DNA of 63,609 nucleotides, the filler included, from Hyphochytrium catenoides (taxonomy: Eukaryota; Protista; Hyphochytriomycota): NCBI GenBank assembly GCA_900088475.1. It is 13 parts of 13 records of this genome, joined end to end, with 100 filler letters (N's around TTAATTAATTAA, not from the genome) between each part and the next. Parts side by side here need not be neighbours in the genome. Positions count along the whole stretch, not along the records: positions 33,655 to 35,798 come from FLMG01001608.1; positions 35,899 to 37,099 come from FLMG01002704.1; positions 37,200 to 57,935 come from FLMG01003990.1; 10 more parts are not named here. One strand, given 5' to 3'. The position numbers and the translations under genes are program-made. Under the pieces are notes generated by a model. That model was not told the DNA's origin. It saw only the letters and a program-made list of their open reading frames with translations, and did no database searches. Shown here one piece after another: positions 34,189-44,900 of this stretch (the first letter of the stretch is position 1; every line of letters begins with the position of its first letter).

Positions 34189-36129
34189 GGTAGACAATTC
34201 CTTGTTAGGACTGAACGCCTGCCGTTTGCTAAAGCTTTTCTTAAAGATGGGGCGTGGTGCCTACAAAAGAATCTCGTTCTCTCCTGTGGTAGGCCAAGCA
34301 GTATTAGCAACTGCTGCAACAGGGACGAAGGATCGGTTGTACTTCAATGATGTATCTCTGCGCCACTGGTTTCCGTAACCCAAGCGTAGGTCAGAATGCA
34401 GCTTACTATGGGTGGCTCTTTCGTCTGCGAGAGGAATGGCGCGCAGAGTCCGGCACGGCGGGAGAAAAGAGAGAGCACTCGGCTACCTCTATACGCGACA
34501 ACAGGAATGGCGTCGTGCTTGGTCAGAAGCAGATTATTCTAGGGAGCAATCGCGGGCGTAGAATGTTCTGCAGCAAAGAAGTTGGGAAGGGCGGAGGAGA
34601 GCACCTCAGGCCCAAGTCTGTCCTTTCGCAATACCGTGAACATAAAGTAATTCATAGAGACGAATCGTCGCGCACATCACCCTGCTCCACAGCTTTAAAA
34701 CGGTAAATTTACGAATACACTTGTAAACAATGTAAAACGGTACTACTACTAGCAAACTTGTAATAACTGTGATCCGATGATCACTCTTTATAACCGGAGG
34801 TCTGTGGCCGGTTCAAAGACTGGATGAGTTTTTCAATTCTTCTCAACAGACAATAAGGCAGCTGATCAAGCGGTGCACCGGTGGTGAGTTCTGCTTCCCT
34901 CCACCAGAAGGAATAGACCTTGCTACGAAGACAGAAGAGCATTCGTCGTGGTGGTGTACCATAAAGAAGTCGATCACCCATTTTAGGCGTTATTATTGAT
35001 CATCATCATCCTCCCGCACGTCGTGTCCGTCACCGACATGGTGGCGTTGTTGTTTTTTGTCATTCCCTCTTCCTTTCTGCTACTGCGCAGTAATAGAGTA
35101 GCACGGCGATGTAGGACAGCTAGCTGTAAGAGATACTTGACGGATACAAATGACGAGAAGAGGATTGGACGCAAATGTTTGTATTGGGAGATGTACTGCC
35201 ACTAAGGATGGACCAACACAACACCCATTAACAATCTTCTATCTTCCGTCCGTCGTGTTAAGCTAATAAATGTAGGCTGTCCAGCTTATATGCTGCAAGG
35301 GGACACTAGCTATGTATTATCGCATTTACGTAAGGGTGGATTGGGCAACCCAGCGATTCAACTGCGACTGGGCGCCAAATTGATACCCAACATACGGCAA
35401 CGCCACTGAGAACCAGTGACAAGGCCAATGAAGATATTAGTCTGGCGCTGATCGTCAGGGTCAAAGCTAACACGAAAACGCAAAGCGCAATATTGCGTAG
35501 ACGCAGCAGTGCCCTAATATTCAACGCGGCTTCTTCTCGATCGGCGATGAAAGAACAGGGTTACGGGCGCATTAGGTGCCCACCTGTGCATAGGTTGCCA
35601 GTTGAACTGCGACATGCAAGACGGCTCCTCTGTTGCCGGAGAGGTCGCGGCCCTATTGCTTGGCTCCCGGCTTGCATGTGGCTTCACAAAACTTCATTCT
35701 TGAGTAGTCTATTATTTGTCGGTAGAGTACCCAAACCCGTGAACTCAATGCCCCGAAGGGCCTCATCATGGGCCTGAAACTCACTACATTGCTCTGGCNN
35801 NNNNNNNNNNNNNNNNNNNNNNNNNNNNNNNNNNNNNNNNNNTTAATTAATTAANNNNNNNNNNNNNNNNNNNNNNNNNNNNNNNNNNNNNNNNNNNNGA
35901 GAGAGAGAGAGAGAGAGAGAGACTAATAGTCTTACGCCAGTCCCAAGAGAGAGCAGAGGAGAGACGGGCATATTTTAGGAGACAGAGAGAAAAGAGCAGC
36001 CGAAATGAGAAGAAAGATCTAGGAGAGACCTCTATATCATCCTTCTCTCTCTCTCTTTCGTCATCTCTCTCTCTCTTTCGTCATCTCTCTTGCTGCCTCT
36101 TTCCTTTATTGGTAGTCCCAGTCCCTTAC

Positions 36130-36771
36130 CTCACTGAGAAGAGAGAGATTGATGGCGAAAAGAGGGTCTTTCCACTCGTCATAGACGTCCTGTTCCCTGG
36201 CGTACGCGCAGAAGATAGAACCAGTGATGGTGGCAAACACCTGCAAAAAAGGGAAGGGAGAGAGGAGAGAAGAGGTGCAAGAGTGCAACGATGCGCGGAC
36301 CAACGTCAGTGGAAAGATGAGAGGGAGAGACTACACAAAAACAACGGTGAATGGAAGTGCAGGAGAGAAAGTAACATTGGGCTCGTAAGGAGAGACAAGA
36401 GAGAGGAAAGAGAGAGAAGAGAAAGAAGTGCACAGAGAATATATCCTTACCCACTTACGAGAACCCTCTTTCTTTCCTCTTTCTCTCTTTCTCCCTGTCT
36501 CTCTCTCCGCTCTATCTCTCTCTGTTTATGTCTCGTTCTGTCTCTCTCTCTCTACCAATGGACGTCTCCAGGTTCAAGAGAGCGTAGGCTCTCTCCTCAT
36601 TGATCGCATTCTCTCTCTCCTCTACTGTCTCACCTGGCTTCCCTCTATCTCTAGCCAGCCTTTGATGGTGGCGATGTCCGTCAGCGGGCGACTGCTCCCG
36701 CCACCGTTTGAGCCCTTGTTAGCGCCACCGCTCAACCGCTGAGCACCACTGCCTCGACCTTCATTCTTCTC
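36130..36771 (-). CDS. Internal exons of a probable PH-domain protein (fragment on a small contig)
   Basis: Exons 36634-36771 and 36130-36240 have clean AG/GT borders and join in phase: ...DIATIKGWLEIEGSQ-VFATITGSIFCAYAREQDVYDEWKDPLFAINLSLLSE, resembling PH strands beta1-beta4. Confidence 0.5.
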
Positions 36772-36791
36772 CTGAAGAGAAAGAGAGAAAG

Positions 36792-36830
<39 letters not shown>

Positions 36831-37783
36831 GGGAAAAGAAGAGCCGAAACAGAAAGGGAGAGAGAGTGAGAACACATGGGAGGGAAGAGAGTGACAGAGA
36901 AGAGAGAGAGACTTTGAGAGAAGAGAGAGAGACAGCCAGCGAAGAGAGAGTTGAGCAAAGATAAGGAGCAGTACAGGAGCATGATAAAGGAAACGGGAAA
37001 GAGGCCGAGAAAACATGACAAAGGAGATTCTCTCTTTTCAGCTCTTTCTCATTACATATCCTTCCTACTCTCTCTGCTCCCTTACCCTGCGAGGTGGCTN
37101 NNNNNNNNNNNNNNNNNNNNNNNNNNNNNNNNNNNNNNNNNNNTTAATTAATTAANNNNNNNNNNNNNNNNNNNNNNNNNNNNNNNNNNNNNNNNNNNNG
37201 AGACACAGAGACAAGTGAAAGAAGAACAGAAGTACTGGCGCCAGCGTTCTTGGGTGGCTTTTGCTTCTGTTCTCTGTCTGGACTTCTCTCTTCTAGGACG
37301 GGCTACTGCCAAGCGCCTCAAGACCCTCCTTCCCCTGCCTCCTCCAGCGACGGATTGCAAGCTTTCCACGCGGCGACAGAAAGGTTGTCAGCAGTATTCT
37401 TCCGCCTGCCGCCGAGAACAACAAGCTGCAAGAAGACCAGCACTTTCGACTGCACTTGGACTCGCAGCCCCGCAGCCAAAGCAGCGCACAAGACAATCAT
37501 CCAAACGCCGCATCGTCATCCTCATTCCAATTCAGCAAATCTCCTCACGCAACCCCTCTCACTCACATAGACATACTTTGAGCCCTAACTCTGCTGTATG
37601 CAAGGACGAAGACACGGGCAATAAGACAAGATCTCGTCCCTGTCGCCATGGTAGAGAAAGCTCTTCCGGCGTGGCAATAAGTGCGACGTAAGCCCTTTCT
37701 TGCCTAGGTACTGAGGTGCCATCGACAGAGAGGAAAGGACACAGCTATTCAGCGCTTCCTTATTTGCAGAGATCTTGTGAGCA

Positions 37784-40483
37784 ATGAAGCTACAGAGCTT
37801 CCAGGAAATTGCGGCGCTAGGAGATTTAGAAACAGTGAAGAGCCTGCCAGATGTGACAGTGAAGCAGGATCCAGGCTGGACGCTGCTGCACTGGGCGGCC
37901 TGGTATGGCAACTGGCAGATGATGAGGTACCTGCTGGTCCAGCGTGGACTAAGCCCCTTCGAGCGCGTAGATAACCCCGTGAACCGGATGAGCATCCTGC
38001 AGCTCGTGGTAGAGAGCAACGCCATCACTAGCTCCGCAGAGAAAGTCACGCTGCTGCGCCGAATCTTCTCCTTCGTGAAGGCTCGTCATCCCAAAGCAGA
38101 GATTCTGCAGTTCGTCAACCTGCAGGAGAGCGATGGCTTCACCGCACTCAGCTCGGCTTGTAGCTTGGGCAGCCGCGCGATGGTAGAGGTTCTCGTCCAG
38201 GAGGGCGCCGATATCCATCAAAGAGACTCAGTCGGCCGGTGTCCGCTCTTTTATGCGCTCTTCCATGCGCGGTACGATGTCGTGCATTTCCTGACCCATA
38301 AAGGCGTGCTCTTATCGGGAAAAGAGATCCGTGAACTGCTGTACTACCATCAGAAGGTCAAAGATCTGACAGTAGTACAATATCTCTATAGCCAAGGGTA
38401 CAGCCGCTTCTTCGTCGACCTCTCGGACGGACTTAGCTCTCTTTTTGCAGATGTTCAGGGCGATGGCGAGTCGTTTCTAAGGCAGATAACCGACAGGCAG
38501 CTCGGATTGCAGCCATCAGGGTGCCAAGACGGTGGCGCAGACAATGTGGTGCAGGAGGCGGCAGTCTATGTGGCAAGAGAAGAAGTAGCGCTAGCTCTTC
38601 ATCGACTTGGCGTCGCCTTGGAGACACAAGTCAAGGTGCTGGGAGATGTTACGGAGCCATCATCTCAGTCTCCCTCACCCCGTGCAGATGGCGATCACAC
38701 AAGAGAGCTTAGTCCTTCGCCTTGGACGCCTTCCGTAGCAGCCACGAGGGAACAGGAACAGGAAGTAGTGAGATCGTCTGCAGTCCACGTGGAGGAGGAG
38801 GAGAACCTAATAGCTCTGAAAGAAGCCCAATCCGGGGTAGATGAGGAAGGAACAACAATGGAAGTAGCTGCAGAGGCGAGAGAGAACCAACTGACCGCAT
38901 TAGAGAGCCACCAAAAGTGCATCCGCAGGACCAGAGCCAAGTTAGAGGCGGTTCTGCAGGGGTTAGAGTTTCGCTTCGGAGAGGAAAGTGCCTCCTCAGC
39001 GGCCGCAAATGCTCAGTCTGCTGCCATTCTACGGTGTCAGATTAACTCCTTAGTGGCGGCGGAGGAACCAGAGAGAGAGTTGAGCAGCCGAAGCAGGTTA
39101 GACGCTGAAGGCATTTCGATCGCCGTGACCAACCCAGCACTCCTCTACTTCCTAGTGGGACGGTACGCCCAGGCCAAGCTAATGTATGAGAGAATTCTCC
39201 CTGCTTATGAGCCTGAAGTGGAGCCAGAGCCTTCCCCTATTCTCTTTGAAGAGCCAGAGCAGTCGCTTTCGTTTTTGGACAATGACCCAGGAGACGAGAT
39301 GGAAGCTCCACTCCTAACGCTCAAGAGCGTGGACGAAGAAAGAAGTTCGGAAGAACGATCTTCTGTCTTGCAGGAGACTGACGGAGAGGACGGTAGAGAA
39401 CGGAATGGCGGATCTATCCTTCTTAAGGCTAGCGAGGCATCAAAGGCGGAGGTCCCCGCAGCCCCAGGTAGAGAAGATGGGGAGCAAGAAATTGGTAGAG
39501 AAGGTAACCTGCAAGAAGCAGGAAGGAAGGAGGAATCGTCGTCCGTCTCACCGCGAAATGACCTCAAGACAGATTGTCCTCAAGAAGAGTTGCCGCGTGC
39601 GAACGATGAAAAAGAAATAGAGGAACAGTGCAAGGCGAAGCTAATCAGTCAGAGTCTGCAAACAGGAGTCCATGTGCTGGAGAGAGCGAAGACTAACAAT
39701 GATTTTTGCCCTGTTCGGCTAGCCTCCTCTTCTCTCCCTCCTTATCAACGATCCATCACTGAGGGAAGAAGAAAGGTCCAGCAGCAGCAACACTACCTGC
39801 CCCGCAAGTCTCCTCACCTCCTAAGCAACAGGGCACATACAACTCGCGCCTCACCTGCGACGACTTCCAAGAGCTCCTCGTCAAAGCAGCAGGGCGGCAA
39901 ACAGCAGCCAACTTCCTCCTCTCGGAAGGATAGAGCAGAAAGAGGGGGGGAGGAGGCTCCTGAAGGGGAAGACTGGATGTCTCTGACACGCTCTTACACT
40001 CGCGTCCGTACGGTCTGTGACAATGACCCGGCAGAACTTGTGGAACTCTTAAGGAATGGTGATCCTGCTCAGAAAGAGCGGGCGGCGGGGCCTCTTCGTG
40101 CCATAGCTGAGAATAATAGCAGTACCGCGTGGGCCTTCCCTTCAATATCCCGTGAGGCAGTGATCAGTGCCATAGTCAACGTGCTCAGGGACCCGCGAGC
40201 AACTCCTCAGACGAAAGAGAACATTGTGGCTGCACTGTGGAAGTTTGCTGAGGGCTCTGCTGATAGTCGTGACAACATCATGGCTGCTGAAGCATCTCCG
40301 CTTCTCAAGGAGCTGCGCAAAGACCGCAGAGCTACTACCTACACAAAGACCTACGCGGATCTTACACTCAATGCTCTCAAGCAGCAGCAGAAGTCTCCCT
40401 TAGCCAGCGCCGGTGGCTTGAAGAAGAAGTTCTGGTGGATCTTCACGTTCTCTTCCTCCACCGCTGCAGCGGCTGCCAAGTAA
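37784..40483 (+). CDS. Intronless ankyrin-repeat protein with a central TPR-like remnant and C-terminal armadillo-like repeats
   Basis: 899-aa ORF. Ankyrin motifs: GWTLLHWAAWYGNWQMMRYLL, GFTALSSACSLGSRAMVEVLVQEGAD, GRCPLFYA. TPR-like: AVTNPALLYFLVGRYAQAKLMYERIL. ARM-like: LVELLRNGDPAQKERAAGPLRAIA and TKENIVAALWKFA. Confidence 0.85.
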   Translation: MKLQSFQEIAALGDLETVKSLPDVTVKQDPGWTLLHWAAWYGNWQMMRYLLVQRGLSPFERVDNPVNRMSILQLVVESNAITSSAEKVTLLRRIFSFVKARHPKAEILQFVNLQESDGFTALSSACSLGSRAMVEVLVQEGADIHQRDSVGRCPLFYALFHARYDVVHFLTHKGVLLSGKEIRELLYYHQKVKDLTVVQYLYSQGYSRFFVDLSDGLSSLFADVQGDGESFLRQITDRQLGLQPSGCQDGGADNVVQEAAVYVAREEVALALHRLGVALETQVKVLGDVTEPSSQSPSPRADGDHTRELSPSPWTPSVAATREQEQEVVRSSAVHVEEEENLIALKEAQSGVDEEGTTMEVAAEARENQLTALESHQKCIRRTRAKLEAVLQGLEFRFGEESASSAAANAQSAAILRCQINSLVAAEEPERELSSRSRLDAEGISIAVTNPALLYFLVGRYAQAKLMYERILPAYEPEVEPEPSPILFEEPEQSLSFLDNDPGDEMEAPLLTLKSVDEERSSEERSSVLQETDGEDGRERNGGSILLKASEASKAEVPAAPGREDGEQEIGREGNLQEAGRKEESSSVSPRNDLKTDCPQEELPRANDEKEIEEQCKAKLISQSLQTGVHVLERAKTNNDFCPVRLASSSLPPYQRSITEGRRKVQQQQHYLPRKSPHLLSNRAHTTRASPATTSKSSSSKQQGGKQQPTSSSRKDRAERGGEEAPEGEDWMSLTRSYTRVRTVCDNDPAELVELLRNGDPAQKERAAGPLRAIAENNSSTAWAFPSISREAVISAIVNVLRDPRATPQTKENIVAALWKFAEGSADSRDNIMAAEASPLLKELRKDRRATTYTKTYADLTLNALKQQQKSPLASAGGLKKKFWWIFTFSSSTAAAAAK

Positions 40484-41907
40484 ATTAGAGACGAAGCTTC
40501 TGACGCTGCGTGAGGCTGCTCTCTCTTCTTCTTCTTGTACCTTTACGTCCTTCTACTACCTGCTTGTGACTTGCTGATGAGTCTGCATCCACCGTCCCGG
40601 GTGGGTGTAAGGCTGCTACCGCCCTCTGTATGATAAGTCAATAGTCTCGTGCAGCAGCTGGGCGCGATTTACTATTTATTTCTATTAGAAAGCTGTCTAT
40701 GGATAATCATAATCGTCAATAGTCCTTCTTCAGCTCGCTGATCCTCCTGCTCTTCTCCTCCTGGCGGGGCGCCTGCTCCCGTCGTCTCTCCCACTGCCGA
40801 GGGCCTGCTACTGGAGCTTGAGAGCCTGGCAAGCGCCTCGTTTCCTCTCCTTCCAACCGCCAGTAGAGCTCTTTCTTCCCCGGTACCTCTCCCTACATCC
40901 CCGAGCTACCAAGTCCAATAGAACCTCCTCCTCTACGCACTCCATAGGACGGCTATGGAGGAGGAGGAAGCTGGAAGAGGAGCAACAGTCGCCCGGCAGC
41001 AGGAAGGAAAGCCGCGCAGGGAGTGAAGATATCAAAGATCTAAGGCCAACATAGAGGGCGACACTTCCATTGACAGGCCAGAGCAGGGAACGTGCGCGTT
41101 TGCGGGAGAGAGAGGTGGCTGAGATAAGCAAAAAAAGACTAAGAAAAAGGTGAGAAGAGAAAGGGAGAGAGAAAGAGGAAGAAGAGAGACAGAGAGAGAG
41201 AGGTGAGTGAGAGTGAGAGACCGACAGACAGACAGATACATAGACAGACAGAAAGAGAGAGAGAGCGAGAAAGAGAGGAAATGAGAGAGAGAAAGAGAGA
41301 GAGACAAGAGTGACGAGAGAGACAGAGAAAGAGAGGCAGAGAGAGAGAGGAGAGTGAGAGTGAGAGACCGACCGACCGACAGACAGACAGAGAGATACAT
41401 AGACAGCCAGAAAAAGAGAGAGATAGAAAGAGAGAGAAAGGGGAGAGAGACAAAAGTGACGAGATAGAGAGAGGGAAAGGAAGAGAAACGGAGAGAGAGG
41501 GGGAGAGAGTTTTGACCTGAGTTTCAAAGAAACTTCTTCCTGCCCCACAGAGAGCCGTTAACGTCAAGGATCGCACAGCTTTTCAGGAATGTTGTTGTCA
41601 GCTCACCTCCTCCCTCTCTCTTTCTCCCACTCCCTCCCTCTACTTTCTCTCTCTCTCTCTCTCTCTCTCACTCTCTCNNNNNNNNNNNNNNNNNTGTGTC
41701 ACTTCTTACCTTTCTCTCTATCATTTCTCTCTCTCCACCGGACCAAGCAAGCTCCTTCGGTCCCCCTCTCTTCTCTCCTGCAGCGGAGCCGCCCGAGCGC
41801 TCCCGCTCCTGGTCCCGCGGCGAAAGCCTTGCAGGGCAACAGTGCTGCCACGTAAGGGACGGGCTAGTAAACAAGCAAAAGGTGCTTGTCAGGATCATTG
41901 CAGCGAC

Positions 41908-44900
41908 ATGGCGTCGAGAGCTTCCAGCTGCAGACTCGCTCTCCCGTGGCAGCAAGCCTTTGCTTGTCTCTACATCGCCGTGGTCTGTCTCGTGCTCTTC
42001 CTCCAACGAGACCCGACAGCGCGACATGACGGTGCCCAGCTCTCCTCTGGCCCCTTGATTGAGGAGAAGCTTGACCAGCACTCGTCCGAGAAGGTCCATC
42101 AATTGAAAAAATCGCCTGCGCAAAGCTCGCGAGACCGAGCGGCACCCAGTCCCTGGAATCCAAAGGCCCACGATGAGAGTGAGGTACGCGCGGGCCACGC
42201 TCGCTTTACGGTCCTGACCGACAGCTTAATCCGCTTGGAATGGTCCGCTTCCCAACGCTTCAGCGACCAGCAGACCTTGGCCATCGTCAACAGACGGCTG
42301 CCCAAGCCACAGTTCCAGCAGCGAACTGACCAGGAGACGGGCGAGCTTGTGATCTCCACTGCCGCGGTCGAGGTGAGAGGTCTGATCTCCTTATCTCCTG
42401 GCAAGGCTGGGCTGCTAATAAAATAGATGGACAGATGTCCTCTTACCGATCTGCGCTTCTCCGCTTTTTTATTTATCTTGGGCCTCCCACGCCTCTAGAT
42501 GGGGCGGTCCTGTCACTCTTACTGACTCGCCTGGTCTCCTCCTCTGTGCTCCTGATGGTAGACTGAAACTCTCTCGCCTCTTTGATTGCCCATCGCAGCT
42601 GCATTATCAGACCCGTAGCAATCGGTCCTTCAGCCCCGCGAACCTCTGGATCAAGATGAAGTCGGCGCCTGGTCAGCCCATTTGGCGGCCAGAGGGAACC
42701 TGGAATGCGAGCATTCAAGGTCGGCTGCCTGGCACTGTGAGGACCCTGGTAGGTTGGAGAGAGGTTGGGCATCTTTTATCAAGGAAACTATAGTGTCCTT
42801 TGCCTTGGCTCTGGTCTGCCGGCACTATGTCTTCTTTCTTTGGGGAACCGTGGTTCTGGCCGTTGATTATCCTAGCAAAGTCATGCATCCCTCCTTGATA
42901 CTTACCGAGACTCCCTGCTACCACCATTCGCCCTGATATCCCTCGTTCTCTGCTCTGGTCTATGATCCCTAGGACGGCGTGGGCGGTATGCCAGAGTTAA
43001 ATTGCCTTAAGGACGTGGGTCCTGAGATGCACTGCACCCTGGGCCTGATCTCTCAGGATGGATTCGTGGTGGTTGATGATTCCAATCAGGGCCGGATGGA
43101 CGACAGTGCCTGGCCTTGGATCGTGAACCGCTCCGCAGAGCAGGTAAGAGTGAGATGACGAAGGGCTAAAGACAGCGCAAAGGATGGGGCCGAGCGGGTC
43201 GCCCCTAACCTTTCGCTGTTGACGAGCATCGTCCCCGTCCGCCTTTGAAGACTGGGCTGCTCCTCATCACTACCTATGCACTTCCTACCCGACCGACTCA
43301 TTCCTTTCTCTCTTTTCCGTTTGACTTCTTCTACTCTCACTCTCTCTTTCTCTCTCTTTCTCTCTCTTTCTCTGCACGGTCAATATTCCATCTCTTTATT
43401 AGCCCACGCAAAAACAGTGCTCAATTGCCCCACACGAGAGGGTGGACTGCGGGCGAGACGGTTGGGACGAGGGCTGGTGCCGGGCCAACGGTTGCTGCTT
43501 TCAGAAAGCCGGAACGGATGGGAACGGGCAGCCAGGTTGTTACTATAGCACAGTGGGATATCGAGACCTCTATCTCTTCGCGCACGGACTGGATTATAAA
43601 CGCACTATGAAGGAGTTCACATCAGTCTCAGGTTCGTTCTGACCGAGGACCCCCTCCTTCATCCTTCTATAACAGCTGCTCACCTTATCTCTACCGTCTC
43701 TGCCTTGCTTTCTGAGAGCTATTTTCTCCTATAAGTTATATAGCTGATTGGCTACTGATCTCTCCTCCTCCTGTCTGCCGTTGTCGCTTATTCTCTAGGG
43801 AAAATTCCTCTTCCACCTCGGTTCATGTTCGGTATATTCTACTCGCGATACTGGGCGTTCAACGACCTGGGAGAGAAGGAGATAGTGCAGCTCTATCAGG
43901 ATAACTCCTTTCCCTTGGATGTGCTGGTGATCGACATGGACTGGCACCTTACATTCTATGCAAATCAGACCATTGACCCAGCAGGGGAACCCAAAGGATG
44001 GTACGGCATATCAAGAATCCTTTTTGGGAAAGAAAGGCGTCGCAAAGAATAACCAACTGAGGCACAGAGAGAGAGAGATTCGTGGAAGAAGAGAGTGAAA
44101 AAGTTTCACATGTTAAGACGGAGAGAGAAAGTGAGTGCTAGTAGAAGAGATAAGGCAGAAAGAGGAAGAGGAAGCTGGTAAACTCCCCAGAATTCCAGAG
44201 TTCAACGGGGTTGTCGAGTCTATGGGTATGACACCGCGTGGTAGGATCATCATTGAGGAAAAGATTCTCAGGACTGCTCTCATTGTATGTTCGCTCAGGA
44301 CGGGGTTCACGTGGGACAAACACCTCTTTCCCAATCCAAAGAAGTTTCTTCAATGGCTGCACGACCGGGGTCTCAAGGTAACGCTTAATCTGCATCCGGC
44401 GTCTGGCATACAGGTGCGTGGACACTATAGCTCAGCGGTTGGGAGAAAGAGAGAGAGAGAGAAGAGGAGGTCTAGAGGTTAACTAGCGTTGCAACAGGTC
44501 TGGGAGGATACGTATCAGGAGTTTGCGCGTGCGATGGGTGTAGACCCCGCCAGCGGGCGATACATCCCCTTCCAAATTGCAAATAAGACCTTTGCGGAAA
44601 ACTTCTTTAACATTACCGTCGGAAAACGAGTTGAAGAAGGTTTGGACCGGCGACTCTTGAGTTCTTTCACTGGCCTTGGGTTACCTTCGTCCTTGTTGAC
44701 TCTCAACCCCTTCCCGATCTTTCCCCAGCGTTGGGCTTGACTTTCCCAATGCCAAGAGATCTTTGCTCGTTCTCTCGCCGTAGTCGTCTCGCCGGGAGTG
44801 CCGCGCGTGTCCTTAAGTATGACCATCTCCTCCGCTCATGTCGCGTTGCTGTGTGAACGATAGGAGTTGACTTCTGGTGGCTGGACTGGCAACAAGGAGA

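Noticed and set aside
33655-34350. 231-aa plus-strand ORF overlapping Tctex-1
   Set aside because: It is an antisense shadow of the well-supported dynein light chain and its ATG abuts an N gap.
35306-35524. Hydrophobic 72-aa ORF, possible small membrane protein
   Set aside because: It starts at TTG just after an in-frame stop, with no clear splice acceptor or family motif.
40700-41590. Possible minus-strand gene between the ANK gene and GH31
   Set aside because: About half is microsatellite, and the remaining frames are short and unrecognisable.
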